Below are positions 46,734 to 57,325 of a stretch of DNA of 64,000 nucleotides, in pieces. The stretch spans positions 34,775 through 98,774 of the forward strand of contig JAZQIM010000021.1 of NCBI GenBank assembly GCA_045541115.1, given 5' to 3'. This stretch comes from Candidatus Aphodoplasma sp. GTDB lineage: Bacteria > Bacillota > Clostridia > UBA1381 > UMGS1253. The notes under the pieces were generated by a model. The model ran no database searches, was not told the origin of the DNA, and worked only from the letters and a program-made list of their open reading frames with translations. How positions within the stretch are numbered: the first letter of the stretch is position 1; each line of letters opens with the position of its first letter. Made by a program: the position numbers and the translations under genes.

Positions 46734-48002
46734 GTGGTGAAAAAAGTGAAAAATATAGAGATAAAAGACGGCGTAACAATGCATTATATAGAAGACGCAA
46801 AATTTAAAACGACTACGCTCGGCGTTTATATACACACTCCTCTTAACAGGGAAACTGCATCAAAAAACGCACTTTTGCCAATGGTTTTAAAGCGTGGAAG
46901 TGGGAAGTGGCCAAGCTTTGATGAAATCGAAAAAAGGCTCGATGACCTTTGCGGCGCAGCCTTAAATACGGGAGTCGTAAAGCGCGGTGAAGACCACATT
47001 TTATGCTTCGATATTTCTACTATATCAGATAAATATTATATCGGCGAAGGCGATATACTTCTTTCGTGCGCCGAGCTGTTATTTGACATAATCTTAAATC
47101 CGAAGACAAGCGACGGCGTTTTTTGCGATGAATATGTAGAAAGCGAAAAGAAAAACCTTTGTGATGCTATCGATTCGCTTATAAACGATAAGCAGTCTTA
47201 TGCTTTGTGGCGAATGTATGAAATTATGTGTAAAGATGAAGCTTATGGCGTACATGAGCTCGGAGAAAAACAAGAGGTCGAAAAGATTACGTCAAAAGCT
47301 CTTTATGAGTATTACCAAAATCTACTTAAGAATAGCAAAATCGATATTTTCGTATGCGGAAATGCCGATACAGATAAGCTTTGTGACTGGATTTGTGACG
47401 CGCTTAAAAATGTAGAGACAAAAGACGCGCCATATCCGACTACGAAAAAAATATCGGTTGTTAATGATATTAAAAATATATGCGAAGAGTTTGATGCAAA
47501 TCAGGCAAAGCTTTCACTCGGTTTTCGTATTAAAGGAAGTGTAGATTATGCAAGCATGCTCGTAGCAAATTCCGTGTGGGGAAGCGGAGCTCATTCGAAG
47601 CTTTTTAATAATGTGAGAGAAAAACTCAGCCTCGCGTACTATGCCTTTTCGCGCTATGACAAGTATAAAGATACTATTCTTGTAGGAATGGGTATTGAAA
47701 CGAAAAATTATAAGATGGCATACGATGAAACGCTTTTGCAGCTTAAAAATGTATGTGACAAAGAATTTAGTGAAAATGAACTCGAAAGCGCGAAGGCATT
47801 TATAATAAATGCACTTCGTTCGCAGCGTGACAGCCAATATGCCATGATAGATTTTCATATGGGCCTTCTTATACGCGGCGCCACAGACGATATTGACGAT
47901 TTGTGTGAGAAGGTTAAAGCTGTAACGCCAATGCAAGTATCGCAGACGGCACAGCTTTTCGAGCTTGACACGGTGTATTTTCTTAAAGGCAAGCAGCTAT
48001 GA
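46734..48002 (+). CDS. M16-family (pitrilysin-like) protein lacking the HxxEH zinc motif
   Basis: M16B fold and length. No HxxEH appears in the N-terminal region. GTG start. Confidence 0.7.
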   Translation: MVKKVKNIEIKDGVTMHYIEDAKFKTTTLGVYIHTPLNRETASKNALLPMVLKRGSGKWPSFDEIEKRLDDLCGAALNTGVVKRGEDHILCFDISTISDKYYIGEGDILLSCAELLFDIILNPKTSDGVFCDEYVESEKKNLCDAIDSLINDKQSYALWRMYEIMCKDEAYGVHELGEKQEVEKITSKALYEYYQNLLKNSKIDIFVCGNADTDKLCDWICDALKNVETKDAPYPTTKKISVVNDIKNICEEFDANQAKLSLGFRIKGSVDYASMLVANSVWGSGAHSKLFNNVREKLSLAYYAFSRYDKYKDTILVGMGIETKNYKMAYDETLLQLKNVCDKEFSENELESAKAFIINALRSQRDSQYAMIDFHMGLLIRGATDDIDDLCEKVKAVTPMQVSQTAQLFELDTVYFLKGKQL

Positions 48003-48021
48003 TGCGGAAATGGAGAAAAAT

Positions 48022-49308
48022 ATGATAAATTTTGATATAAGAAAAGACGAATTTATAGATGAGACATTATATCATGGCGTACATGAGAGCGGCGTGAACG
48101 TATATGTTATGCCGAAAAAAGGGTATAACAAGTGCCACGCTATGTTTGCAACGCGTTACGGAAGTATTGAAAGCAAATTTGAAAAAGACGGTAAAATAGT
48201 ATCAATTCCTGATGGCACGGCGCATTTTTTAGAGCACAAGCTCTTTGAGGAAGAAGATGGTAATGTTTTTGATAAATTTGCACTTTTAGGTGCAAGCGCA
48301 AACGCATTTACAAACTTTACTACAACGGCATATCATTTCAGCACTACATCAAATTTTTATGAGAGCCTTGGAGTACTTATAAACTTTGTGCAAAATCCGT
48401 ATTTTACAAAGCAAAGCGTCGACAAAGAGCAGGGCATTATCGGTCAGGAAATAAAGATGTATGACGATGACCCGAACTGGCAGGTGTATTTTAACGTACT
48501 TGGATGCTTGTATAACGAATGCTATATTAAATATGATATTGCAGGAACGGTTGAAAGCATCGCAGAGATTGATAAGGATATTTTATACGACATATATTCT
48601 GTTTTTTATCATCCATCAAACATGGTTTTGTTTATCGCGGGCGATGTGCAGATAGAAAAGGTAAGTGAATGTATAGAAAAATCGCTTAAAAAAGTTACAA
48701 AACCCGAGTCAGAAGTGAAAAGACTGTATCCACACGAAAAAGAAGAAATTGCATCTTCGTATGTGCATAAAACGCTCGATGTAGCGATGCCGCTTTTTGC
48801 GCTTGCGTTTAAAGACACACAGACAGATTTGCGCGGCAAAGATCTTTTCAAAAAGGAGATCGAAACGAAGATTCTTGTTGAGATGCTTTTTGCCAGAAGT
48901 TCTGATATATATAAAACACTATACGAAAAAGGGCTCATAAATGAAAGCTTTGATGCGGAGTATGACTGTCACAGCGAATATGCATTTGTATGCTTATCGG
49001 GAGAGTCGCAAGATCCGTGCGCTGTGCGCGATATTATTACACAGAAGCTCGAAGGATGCACTCTTTTAGAAGAAGACTACCAAAGAGCGAGAAGAGTCGT
49101 ATGGGGAAATTATGTGCGCACATATAACTCGACCGAAGCTATCGGTTACAGCTTCGTGCTTCGCCTTTTGACAGGAATAAATTATTTTGATTTTAAAGAA
49201 GTGTATGAGGCAATAAGCTTTGACGATATAAAGAGAAGAAAAGAGCTTACTTTTGATACAACAAAATGTGCATTGTCCGTAGTTGATAACAAAAAAACAC
49301 AGGGGTGA
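48022..49308 (+). CDS. M16-family zinc peptidase (HxxEH present)
   Basis: GTAHFLEHKLFE zinc motif. Start at ATG 48022, 6 nt after GGAG; ATG 48010 is an alternative. Confidence 0.75.
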   Translation: MINFDIRKDEFIDETLYHGVHESGVNVYVMPKKGYNKCHAMFATRYGSIESKFEKDGKIVSIPDGTAHFLEHKLFEEEDGNVFDKFALLGASANAFTNFTTTAYHFSTTSNFYESLGVLINFVQNPYFTKQSVDKEQGIIGQEIKMYDDDPNWQVYFNVLGCLYNECYIKYDIAGTVESIAEIDKDILYDIYSVFYHPSNMVLFIAGDVQIEKVSECIEKSLKKVTKPESEVKRLYPHEKEEIASSYVHKTLDVAMPLFALAFKDTQTDLRGKDLFKKEIETKILVEMLFARSSDIYKTLYEKGLINESFDAEYDCHSEYAFVCLSGESQDPCAVRDIITQKLEGCTLLEEDYQRARRVVWGNYVRTYNSTEAIGYSFVLRLLTGINYFDFKEVYEAISFDDIKRRKELTFDTTKCALSVVDNKKTQG

Positions 49309-50300
49309 TGACGAGAATGGTTAACACGATTGCGTTTCCAAAGCTTAATATAGAGCTTATGATAAATCGCGTTGCATTTACGCTTTTTGGCAAGGACGTA
49401 TATTGGTATGGAATTATTATTGCGATAGGATTTGCGCTTGGCGTTTGTTTTGCCGTGTGGCGCGCAAAAAAACAAGGCATAAATCCCGATGCAATTTTAG
49501 ATGTCGTGTTATGGGGACTTCCCGTATGCATAATATGCGCGCGTCTTTTTTATGTATTAGGCGATCCCGGCGTGCTTGATGGCGGCTTTTGGAGAATTAT
49601 CGCAATATGGGAAGGCGGAATTGCCATATACGGAGCTATAATCGGAGCGATAATGGTAGGAGTTACATACAGCCTGATAAAAAAGATTAACATGGGACTT
49701 CTTTTTGACGTGTGCGCTCCTTGTATAATGATTGGGCAAATCGTTGGCAGATGGGGCAATTTTGTAAATGCAGAAGTTTATGGAAGAGTCACAGACTCGC
49801 TTTTTGGAATGTCAATAAACGGCGCAGCATGTGTAGAGCCTTTGTTTTTATACGAATCGGCGTTGATGCTGTGCGGGCTTGTTTTAATTCTTTTATATGA
49901 AAAATACAAAAAGGCAGATGGTGAAATCTTTTTACTATACATAATGTGGTACGGTGTGATAAGATTTTTCCTTGAGACGCTTCGCTTCGAGCAGTATGTG
50001 TTAAGAATTGCTACTCTTGCGCTTTCACAGCTTGTCGCGCTGCTTGCTGTTATAGCATCTTTTGCGATTTTAATGTCTTTGTATTTTAGAAGATACAAAG
50101 AAAAAAGCGCTCGGAAAATAAAGGAGAGTAATGTAATGGATAAATATACAAAGTTAAAAGAGCAAATAGAAATGACACGAAAAGAGCTTAATGAGCTTAT
50201 GGATACAGGGGCTAGCCAGGAGCAGATTTATGAGAAGAGCTGTGAACTTGACAGGTTAATTGACGAAGAGATGAAAATAATGAAAGAGATGAGTAAATAA
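49305..50300 (+). CDS. lgt: prolipoprotein diacylglyceryl transferase, reading on without a stop into a Spo0E-like module
   Basis: Lgt blocks YWYGIIIA, GRWGNFVNAEVYG, and LYESA. The Lgt-like part ends near 50130, and the same frame continues to 50300. Confidence 0.85.
   Translation: MMTRMVNTIAFPKLNIELMINRVAFTLFGKDVYWYGIIIAIGFALGVCFAVWRAKKQGINPDAILDVVLWGLPVCIICARLFYVLGDPGVLDGGFWRIIAIWEGGIAIYGAIIGAIMVGVTYSLIKKINMGLLFDVCAPCIMIGQIVGRWGNFVNAEVYGRVTDSLFGMSINGAACVEPLFLYESALMLCGLVLILLYEKYKKADGEIFLLYIMWYGVIRFFLETLRFEQYVLRIATLALSQLVALLAVIASFAILMSLYFRRYKEKSARKIKESNVMDKYTKLKEQIEMTRKELNELMDTGASQEQIYEKSCELDRLIDEEMKIMKEMSK
50136..50300 (+). CDS. Spo0E-like aspartyl-phosphate phosphatase module (54 aa), possibly translated separately
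   Basis: MDKYTKLKEQIEMTRKELNELMDTGASQEQIYEKSCELDRLIDEEM fits the Spo0E family (IE..R.EL ... S.ELD.LI). AAGGAGAG lies 7 nt upstream of the in-frame ATG 50136. Confidence 0.5.
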   Translation: MDKYTKLKEQIEMTRKELNELMDTGASQEQIYEKSCELDRLIDEEMKIMKEMSK

Positions 50301-50307
50301 AAAATTA

Positions 50308-50343
50308 CAGACGCATAAAAAGTGTGTATATGCGTCTTTTTTG
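50308..50343 (+). terminator. intrinsic terminator
   Basis: AGACGCATA / TATGCGTCT stem followed by a T-run. Confidence 0.85.
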
Positions 50344-50362
50344 TTTTATAGGAGGTGGAAAA

Positions 50363-53300
50363 ATGCGCTTTGAGATTTTATATGGCCGCAGCGGATGCGC
50401 CAAAACATATGAGGCTATGGAAAGAATAAAAAAACATATTGCAAACGATGAAAAGTGTGTAATGATTGTGCCGGAGCAGTTTTGCTATAGAGCCGAAAAG
50501 CTTTTTGTATCGTCGCTTGGATCGATAAGCTCGCAGGCCGGCGAGGTCCTTACTTTCACAAGACTTGCGTCGCGCATTTTTTTACAAAAAAAAGGAGCGT
50601 ATAAAATGCCGCTTTCACCAGCAGGCAAAAGTATGCTCATGTACAGAGCAATGCTTTCGCAAAAAAATAAGCTTAAGGCGTATTCCTTAGCAGCTGAAAA
50701 AACCGGCTTTGTGCAAAGGCTTATGGATATAGTATCAGAGTTTAAACGCTATGGCATATCGCCTGGTGATTTAAAGAAGGCAGCAGAAAAGATAGATAAG
50801 CCGGCGCTTGCGGCGAAAATGAACGACCTTTCGCTTATATATGAAAAATATGATGAATTGTTTTTAGATGATTACAGTGATTTTGAGGATAACTTATATT
50901 TAGCGGCGGGCATGCTTGAAAGCAGCGATTATCTAAAGGATACATACATTTTCATAGATGAGTTTACCGACTTTTTGCCGCAGCATTATAAGATGATAGA
51001 GGTTCTTTCCAAAAGAGCAAAAGGCATAGTGGTGTGCCTTTGTGCAGACAAATCGCTTGATAAAAACTCCTTGTTTGCGCCTTCGGTAAAAACATATTTT
51101 AAACTAAAAGCTATGTGCGAAGAAAATAGTATTTCATTTGCAAGCACATACCTTGAAAGTAATTTTTTACATAAAGAAAATGAGGAGCTTTTGCATCTTG
51201 AGAAAAACTTTTTGAAAATTGATGCAAAAAGCTATGATGATACGACAAAAAATATTGAAATATTTGAAGCACTCAACACATATTCAGAAATCGAAAATGT
51301 CGCAAAGAAAATACTGTCTCTTGTGCGCGGAGGCGGCGTAAGATGGCGTGACATCGCTGTTTGCTGCGGCGATGAAGGGATGTATTACGACAATATAAAG
51401 ATGATTTTCTCGCGTTATTCGATACCATGCTTTATATCGGAGAAAAGCGAAATTTCGTCGCATCCGTTAGTGCTTACAATTCTTTCTGCGATAGATGTGA
51501 TTGTGAGCGGCTTTAGCTATGAGAGCGTATTTACATATCTGAAAACAGGCTTTGCAAATATCGACGCACATGAATGTGATTTGCTCGAAAATTATGTGCT
51601 CGCAACGGGCGTGACGAAGCGTGCATGGCTAGATGATAAGGTGTGGAGCTACAGTGATGCGATAAACGAAGAAGCAGCTGTAGAAAATATACAAATAGAT
51701 CAGATACGCCGCCGCGTATGTGCGCCGCTTAAAAAGCTAGGCGATAACATTGGCAACCGTCACAGCGTAGCACATTCGTGTGAGGCTATTTATGAATTTA
51801 TATGTGAACTTTGCATGGAAGAAAAAACGAGAGCGCTTGTTGACGAGTTTAAAGCATCGGGCGAGCTTGTGAGTGCAAATATGTATACGCGTATATGGAA
51901 CAGCATTTTAAATGTATTAGACCAGATAGTGCTCACGACGGGCGAGAAGAAAATTGGTCGAGAGCAGCTTATGAACCTGCTTGAAACGGGATTTTTAAAT
52001 GAGCAGATGGGAATTATTCCGCAGTCGGCAGACAGCGTATCGGTTGTCAATGTGCCGAATGCACGCGTGCAAAGCTGCGATTATATGTTTGCGCTTGGAA
52101 CGAACACAGGCGGATTTGTTGGCGCGACAAAGGACGAAGGCATATTTACGGATATAGAGCGTGAGGCGGCTGAAGATGCAGGCCTTTTAATTGCTCCTAC
52201 GAAGCGAGCTGCGCTTTTTGATGCAGATTATCTGATTTATAAGGCAGTTACAAGACCGAAGAAAAAGCTCTTTATTAGCTATGCCGTTTCGAAAATGGAT
52301 ACGACATCACTTCCTGTGTCACAGGTATGCCGAAATATAAAAAGTATTTTCCCGAATTTATGCATGTCGGATGATTTAGTTAAGGATAAAAATGAAAAGC
52401 CATTTCTCGGCTCTGTGAGCTCGACGTTCTCTGCTCTTGCGCAGAGCATAAATGACGAGTATGACGATAGTGACGGCTTTTTAGAGCAGCTATATGACTG
52501 GTATAGGTCAAATGATGAATATAAAGATAAGGTTTACTCTCTTGAAAAGCTTATTTCATACAGTAATGAGGCGTCAACGCTTTCGCCTGATAAAGTGGAG
52601 AGGTTGTATCCGCGAGGCATAAATACGAGCGCGAGCAGACTTGAGCGATACAGTAAATGCCCGTTTTCGTATTTTGTTGAATATACGCTTAAGGCAAAAG
52701 AGAGAAAAATATTAAAAATCGGCGCGCCCGACATAGGAAATATCATGCATGCTGTGCTTGAACGATTTGAAAAGCAGATAAAAAAAGACAATATAGCATG
52801 GAATCAGATTGATGAAAAATATGTAGAATCGGTAGTTTCTATGATAGTCGATGAAATCGGTGAGAAAGTGTTTTATGGCTCTACGCTTGAAAATAAATCG
52901 ACGCGCTATCTACTTTTACGCCTAAAACGCAATCTCATACGATGTGTCAAATTATTGGTTATGCATATTGCCTCGGGCAGTTTTGAGCCTGTCGGAAGTG
53001 AGATAGAATTTGGCGATGACGGACAGTTAAGGGCAGTGGTAATCGACCTTACAAGCGGTAAAAAGCTCAAAATTCACGGTATTATTGACCGACTTGATAA
53101 ATGTGAGGCAAAAGACGGCACATATTACAGGGTAGTCGATTATAAGTCAGGAAGTAAAAAATTCAGCCTTGAAAATATATATAACAAGCTCGATTTACAG
53201 CTTGTTGTGTATCTTAAGGCGGCTTTGGGTGAAGATGAAAATGCAAAGCCTGCCGGCATGCTTTACTTTAACATTCGTGAGCCGATGATAAATTCGGCAT

Positions 53301-53725
53301 CAAAGATGACAAAAGAAGAATCCGACGCAGCCGTTAAAGACAGCATGAAGCTTGACGGTCTTGTGCTAAACGATATTGAAGTTATACGCGACATGGATAA
53401 AAATTTTGATGGCGAATCGCAGTTTTTGCCGGTAAAGCTTAACAGTAACGGCGAAATACGGATAAACTCATCTGTTGCTACGATGAGTCAGTTTAAAGTG
53501 CTTTTCGAGTATGTAAAAAAGACACTTGCACAAATTGGCGACAGCATTGCAAGCGGAAATATCGATATAATGCCATACAAAGACGGCGAAAACTCGCCTT
53601 GCGTATATTGTGCGTATAAGGCGGTTTGCAAGTTTGATGCATCGCGAAGCAAAAAAGGGTACAGAATGTGTCAGAAGGCCCCGGTATCAAAGGTGTGGGA
53701 AATGTTTAGTGAAGGCAGGAGGTGA
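50363..53725 (+). CDS. addB: ATP-dependent helicase/deoxyribonuclease subunit B
   Basis: Start at ATG 50363 after GGAGGTGG. C-terminal nuclease plus Fe-S cysteines (KCPFSYF ... SPCVYCAYKAVCKF). Paired with addA. Confidence 0.9.
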   Translation: MRFEILYGRSGCAKTYEAMERIKKHIANDEKCVMIVPEQFCYRAEKLFVSSLGSISSQAGEVLTFTRLASRIFLQKKGAYKMPLSPAGKSMLMYRAMLSQKNKLKAYSLAAEKTGFVQRLMDIVSEFKRYGISPGDLKKAAEKIDKPALAAKMNDLSLIYEKYDELFLDDYSDFEDNLYLAAGMLESSDYLKDTYIFIDEFTDFLPQHYKMIEVLSKRAKGIVVCLCADKSLDKNSLFAPSVKTYFKLKAMCEENSISFASTYLESNFLHKENEELLHLEKNFLKIDAKSYDDTTKNIEIFEALNTYSEIENVAKKILSLVRGGGVRWRDIAVCCGDEGMYYDNIKMIFSRYSIPCFISEKSEISSHPLVLTILSAIDVIVSGFSYESVFTYLKTGFANIDAHECDLLENYVLATGVTKRAWLDDKVWSYSDAINEEAAVENIQIDQIRRRVCAPLKKLGDNIGNRHSVAHSCEAIYEFICELCMEEKTRALVDEFKASGELVSANMYTRIWNSILNVLDQIVLTTGEKKIGREQLMNLLETGFLNEQMGIIPQSADSVSVVNVPNARVQSCDYMFALGTNTGGFVGATKDEGIFTDIEREAAEDAGLLIAPTKRAALFDADYLIYKAVTRPKKKLFISYAVSKMDTTSLPVSQVCRNIKSIFPNLCMSDDLVKDKNEKPFLGSVSSTFSALAQSINDEYDDSDGFLEQLYDWYRSNDEYKDKVYSLEKLISYSNEASTLSPDKVERLYPRGINTSASRLERYSKCPFSYFVEYTLKAKERKILKIGAPDIGNIMHAVLERFEKQIKKDNIAWNQIDEKYVESVVSMIVDEIGEKVFYGSTLENKSTRYLLLRLKRNLIRCVKLLVMHIASGSFEPVGSEIEFGDDGQLRAVVIDLTSGKKLKIHGIIDRLDKCEAKDGTYYRVVDYKSGSKKFSLENIYNKLDLQLVVYLKAALGEDENAKPAGMLYFNIREPMINSASKMTKEESDAAVKDSMKLDGLVLNDIEVIRDMDKNFDGESQFLPVKLNSNGEIRINSSVATMSQFKVLFEYVKKTLAQIGDSIASGNIDIMPYKDGENSPCVYCAYKAVCKFDASRSKKGYRMCQKAPVSKVWEMFSEGRR

Positions 53726-53727
53726 AT

Positions 53728-56700
53728 ATGTCGGTGAACTGGACGAGTGAGCAAACAAAAGCGATTGAAAAAAAGGATTGCAACTTGATTGTTGCGGCGG
53801 CGGCAGGTTCGGGTAAGACGGCCGTTTTAGTTGAAAAAATAGTGAACATGATAGAGCATAAAACTGATGTCGACAGGCTTTTGGTTACTACATTTACTGA
53901 TGCGGCTGCAAAGAAAATGAAGCAGGAAATCAGCGATGAAATAAAAAAGAGAATTTTAAGCGACAAAACAAATAATCATCTTGTGCGCCAGCTTACACTC
54001 TTATCAAATGCCGACATATGCACGATTGACTCGTTTTGTATGAAGGTTGTGCGCTCAAGCTTTCATGTGCTGGGCATTGACCCTGATTTTAAAATTGCTG
54101 ACCAAAATGAGTCGGAGCTTTTAAGAATGGTAGCTATTGATGAAGTTTTTGAGCAGATGTATGAATCGGACGATGAGGCGTTTTACAATCTTTTAGAATG
54201 TTATGCAGGTCAAAGAGGCGATGATGCGCTTGTAAACGTTGTGCTTTCGCTTCACGACTTTGTGCGCACAATGCCTGATTATAAAGAGTATCTTTCAAAG
54301 TGCATTGATATGTACAAAACGAGCGGGTCTATATTTGAAAGCAAGTGGGGCAAAGTAGTCGTACAAAGCACAAAGATAGCGCTCGACGGTGCGATTCGCT
54401 GCGTTAAAGATGCACTTGAATATGCGTCGGTTACAGATGAAATGTCAAGCTATGTAGCGTCGCTTGGTATAGACTTAAGAGAGCTTGAAAATATATCGGA
54501 TAAGCTTTGCGGCGGCAATTTTGATGAAACGGCAAAATGCGTAAGAGAGTTTAAGATGGCCGCGGGAGGACGTGCAAAGCCGAAAACGCCCGACGAAGTA
54601 AAAGAAGGCGTTGTAAAAAACCGTGAGTATGTAAAAAAACAGCTATTAAAGCTTGCGCAGGATTTTTATTATGATAGTGAGCAGAATATTAAAGAGGAAA
54701 TGCTTTATGCCGCAAAGCAGGTAGAGGCGCTTTGTAATGTTGTGATAAAGCTTGAGGAGAAGTTTTTTGAAATCAAAAATAAGCGCGGCGTACTTGATTT
54801 TGCTGATATTGAACATCTTGCTCTTAAAGCGCTTAGTATGACAGATGAAAACGAAAAAACAGTTCCAAGTGAGATTGCACGCGAGCTTAAAGAAAAGTAT
54901 GAAATGATACTTATTGATGAGTACCAGGATTCAAACGAGCTTCAGGAGACTATTTTTTCAAGAATTTCGCGCGGCGATAATATTTTTATGGTGGGCGATT
55001 TGAAGCAGAGTATTTACCGCTTTAGACATACTAATCCGCTCTTATTTAAGTATAAAAAGGATACATACACCGAAAGCGGCATAAATCAAAGAGTAATTAT
55101 GTCGGATAATTTCAGAAGCAGAAAAACGGTTGTTGATTTTGTTAACTTTATTATGTCACAAATCTCGTCGCAGACAGTTGGCGAGATGGAGTATGACGAA
55201 ACGGAGAGACTGAACTTCGGCGCGTCATATCCTGATGACGACGAGGATAAAATGTCTGCCGAGATACATATTATAGACGATAATACAGACAGCGATGATG
55301 ACGCAAATGAGATTGTATTTGGCGCTCATGCAGAGGCGGTGCGCGTTGCAAAACGCATTTTGCAGCTAAAGCGTGACGGCTTTGAGATTAACGATAAAAA
55401 AGAAGGCAAACGGCCGTTAAGATATAAAGATATTGTAATTTTAATGCGCTCGCCGAGCGTAGATGCGCAAATTTTTTCAGACGTGCTTGCAAGCTACGGA
55501 ATACCGACATTTTCCGATGTTGGCGGCGGATATTTTATGACCGAAGAAGTTGAACTTATGTTATCTTTATTGTCGGTTATAGACAATCCTATTCAGGATA
55601 TTAAACTGCTTGCACTTATGCGCTCTGTTATAGGAAATTTTGATGACAACGAGCTTTTGCAGATAAGACTTAATGACGCTAAAGCCGATATATACAATGC
55701 GCTTTGCTCATATGCAAATTGTGACGATGAGCTAGGCAAAAAATGCAGCGACTTTCTTTTGAGAATAAACAACTGGAGAAAACGCGCGCAATATATGCAG
55801 GTGCATGAGCTCATATCGTATTTGTACGAAGAAACCGGCTTTTATGATTATGTCGGTGTAGGCGCCATAGGAAAGCAGCGCCGTGCAAATCTCGATTTGC
55901 TTTTAGAATATGCGCGTAGCTTCGAGAAGACAAGTTTTAAAGGGCTTTTTAATTTTATAAATTATGCCGAGCGCATAAAAGGCGCAGGACGTGATATGGG
56001 AAGCGCAAAGCTTATAGGCGAAAATCAGGACGTTGTAAGAATAATGAGTATTCACAAAAGCAAGGGCCTTGAATTTGGCGTTGTTTTTGTGACAAGACTT
56101 GCAAAGAAGTTTAATACGCGCGATTTAAGCAATAACGTCTTGTATCATCCAGCGCTTGGAATAGGTGTAGATTATATCGATGTAGAGGGCAGATACAAAT
56201 ATCCGACATTTATAAAGCGCGCTATCAAAGAAAAACTTCGTTTTGAGCTACTTAGCGAAGAACTTCGTGTGCTTTATGTGGCGCTGACGCGTGCTCGAGA
56301 AAAGCTGATTTTAACACTTGCCCCAAGCGGTATTGAAGCAAAGAAGAAAAGATGGATTTCGGGCGCGATGGGAAAAGAGAAAAACGCTTTGCCGCTGTAT
56401 TATACATCGTCGGCTACTGGAATGAGCGATTGGATTATGGGTGCACTTATGCGCCATGAAGCGTTTCGTGGGTATGCAATGACACATATATCATGCGCCG
56501 ATACAGATGCAAAAATTGATCTTTATACTACGAGTGAAACATTATCTGCTTTTAATGATGGTAATAAAAAAGCGGAGGAAAAAAATGTAAAAAAAGATTA
56601 TACGGAGCTGATAGAAAAAAGCTTAGAGTATGTATATCCGTATGAAAAGGCAAAAAATGTGCCTACAAAGATTTCCGTAACAGAGCTTAAGCGAATTTCT

Positions 56701-57300
56701 AATAGCGAGATTGATGTGCATGAAGTTCGTCTTTGCGCTGAAAATATGCTTAAAATGCCGTCATTTATGAGTAAAAAAGACGGCATGGATGCACTCCGCC
56801 GCGGAAGTGCGATGCACTTTGTTATGCAAAACCTTGATTTATCAATGAGTCTTGACAAAAAGGGCATTATGTCGCAGCTTGAGGATATGATTTGTAATCT
56901 TACAATTACAAAAGAGCAATCAGATGCGGTAGATGCAGAAAAGATTGCATCGTTTTTTGAAAGTGAGCTTGGCAGAAGAATGTTAAAAAGCGATACGGTT
57001 GTAAGAGAATCTTCATTTGAGATTGCACTTAATGCATCGGATGTAATGGATATAGATAACATTGATGAGCAGATTCTGCTTCAAGGAATAGTCGATTGCT
57101 ATTTTTACGAAGGCGATGAGCTTGTGCTTTTGGATTATAAGACTGATTATGCAAAAGATGAAGGCGATATAGAGAAAATAAAAAATCAATATAAACTGCA
57201 GTTAGAGCTTTATGAGAAGGCGTTAGAAAAAATCACAAATAAACGCGTCAAAGAAAAATATTTGTATTTATTTTCATTAGGAAGTGTGGTAAAATATTGA
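53728..57300 (+). CDS. addA: ATP-dependent helicase/nuclease subunit A
   Basis: UvrD-type motifs AAAGSGKT, ILIDEYQDS, VGDLKQSIYRFR. C-terminal RecB nuclease (LLDYKTD). Confidence 0.95.
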   Translation: MSVNWTSEQTKAIEKKDCNLIVAAAAGSGKTAVLVEKIVNMIEHKTDVDRLLVTTFTDAAAKKMKQEISDEIKKRILSDKTNNHLVRQLTLLSNADICTIDSFCMKVVRSSFHVLGIDPDFKIADQNESELLRMVAIDEVFEQMYESDDEAFYNLLECYAGQRGDDALVNVVLSLHDFVRTMPDYKEYLSKCIDMYKTSGSIFESKWGKVVVQSTKIALDGAIRCVKDALEYASVTDEMSSYVASLGIDLRELENISDKLCGGNFDETAKCVREFKMAAGGRAKPKTPDEVKEGVVKNREYVKKQLLKLAQDFYYDSEQNIKEEMLYAAKQVEALCNVVIKLEEKFFEIKNKRGVLDFADIEHLALKALSMTDENEKTVPSEIARELKEKYEMILIDEYQDSNELQETIFSRISRGDNIFMVGDLKQSIYRFRHTNPLLFKYKKDTYTESGINQRVIMSDNFRSRKTVVDFVNFIMSQISSQTVGEMEYDETERLNFGASYPDDDEDKMSAEIHIIDDNTDSDDDANEIVFGAHAEAVRVAKRILQLKRDGFEINDKKEGKRPLRYKDIVILMRSPSVDAQIFSDVLASYGIPTFSDVGGGYFMTEEVELMLSLLSVIDNPIQDIKLLALMRSVIGNFDDNELLQIRLNDAKADIYNALCSYANCDDELGKKCSDFLLRINNWRKRAQYMQVHELISYLYEETGFYDYVGVGAIGKQRRANLDLLLEYARSFEKTSFKGLFNFINYAERIKGAGRDMGSAKLIGENQDVVRIMSIHKSKGLEFGVVFVTRLAKKFNTRDLSNNVLYHPALGIGVDYIDVEGRYKYPTFIKRAIKEKLRFELLSEELRVLYVALTRAREKLILTLAPSGIEAKKKRWISGAMGKEKNALPLYYTSSATGMSDWIMGALMRHEAFRGYAMTHISCADTDAKIDLYTTSETLSAFNDGNKKAEEKNVKKDYTELIEKSLEYVYPYEKAKNVPTKISVTELKRISNSEIDVHEVRLCAENMLKMPSFMSKKDGMDALRRGSAMHFVMQNLDLSMSLDKKGIMSQLEDMICNLTITKEQSDAVDAEKIASFFESELGRRMLKSDTVVRESSFEIALNASDVMDIDNIDEQILLQGIVDCYFYEGDELVLLDYKTDYAKDEGDIEKIKNQYKLQLELYEKALEKITNKRVKEKYLYLFSLGSVVKY

Positions 57301-57325
57301 TATATGTTAATTTGGAGGAAGCAAA

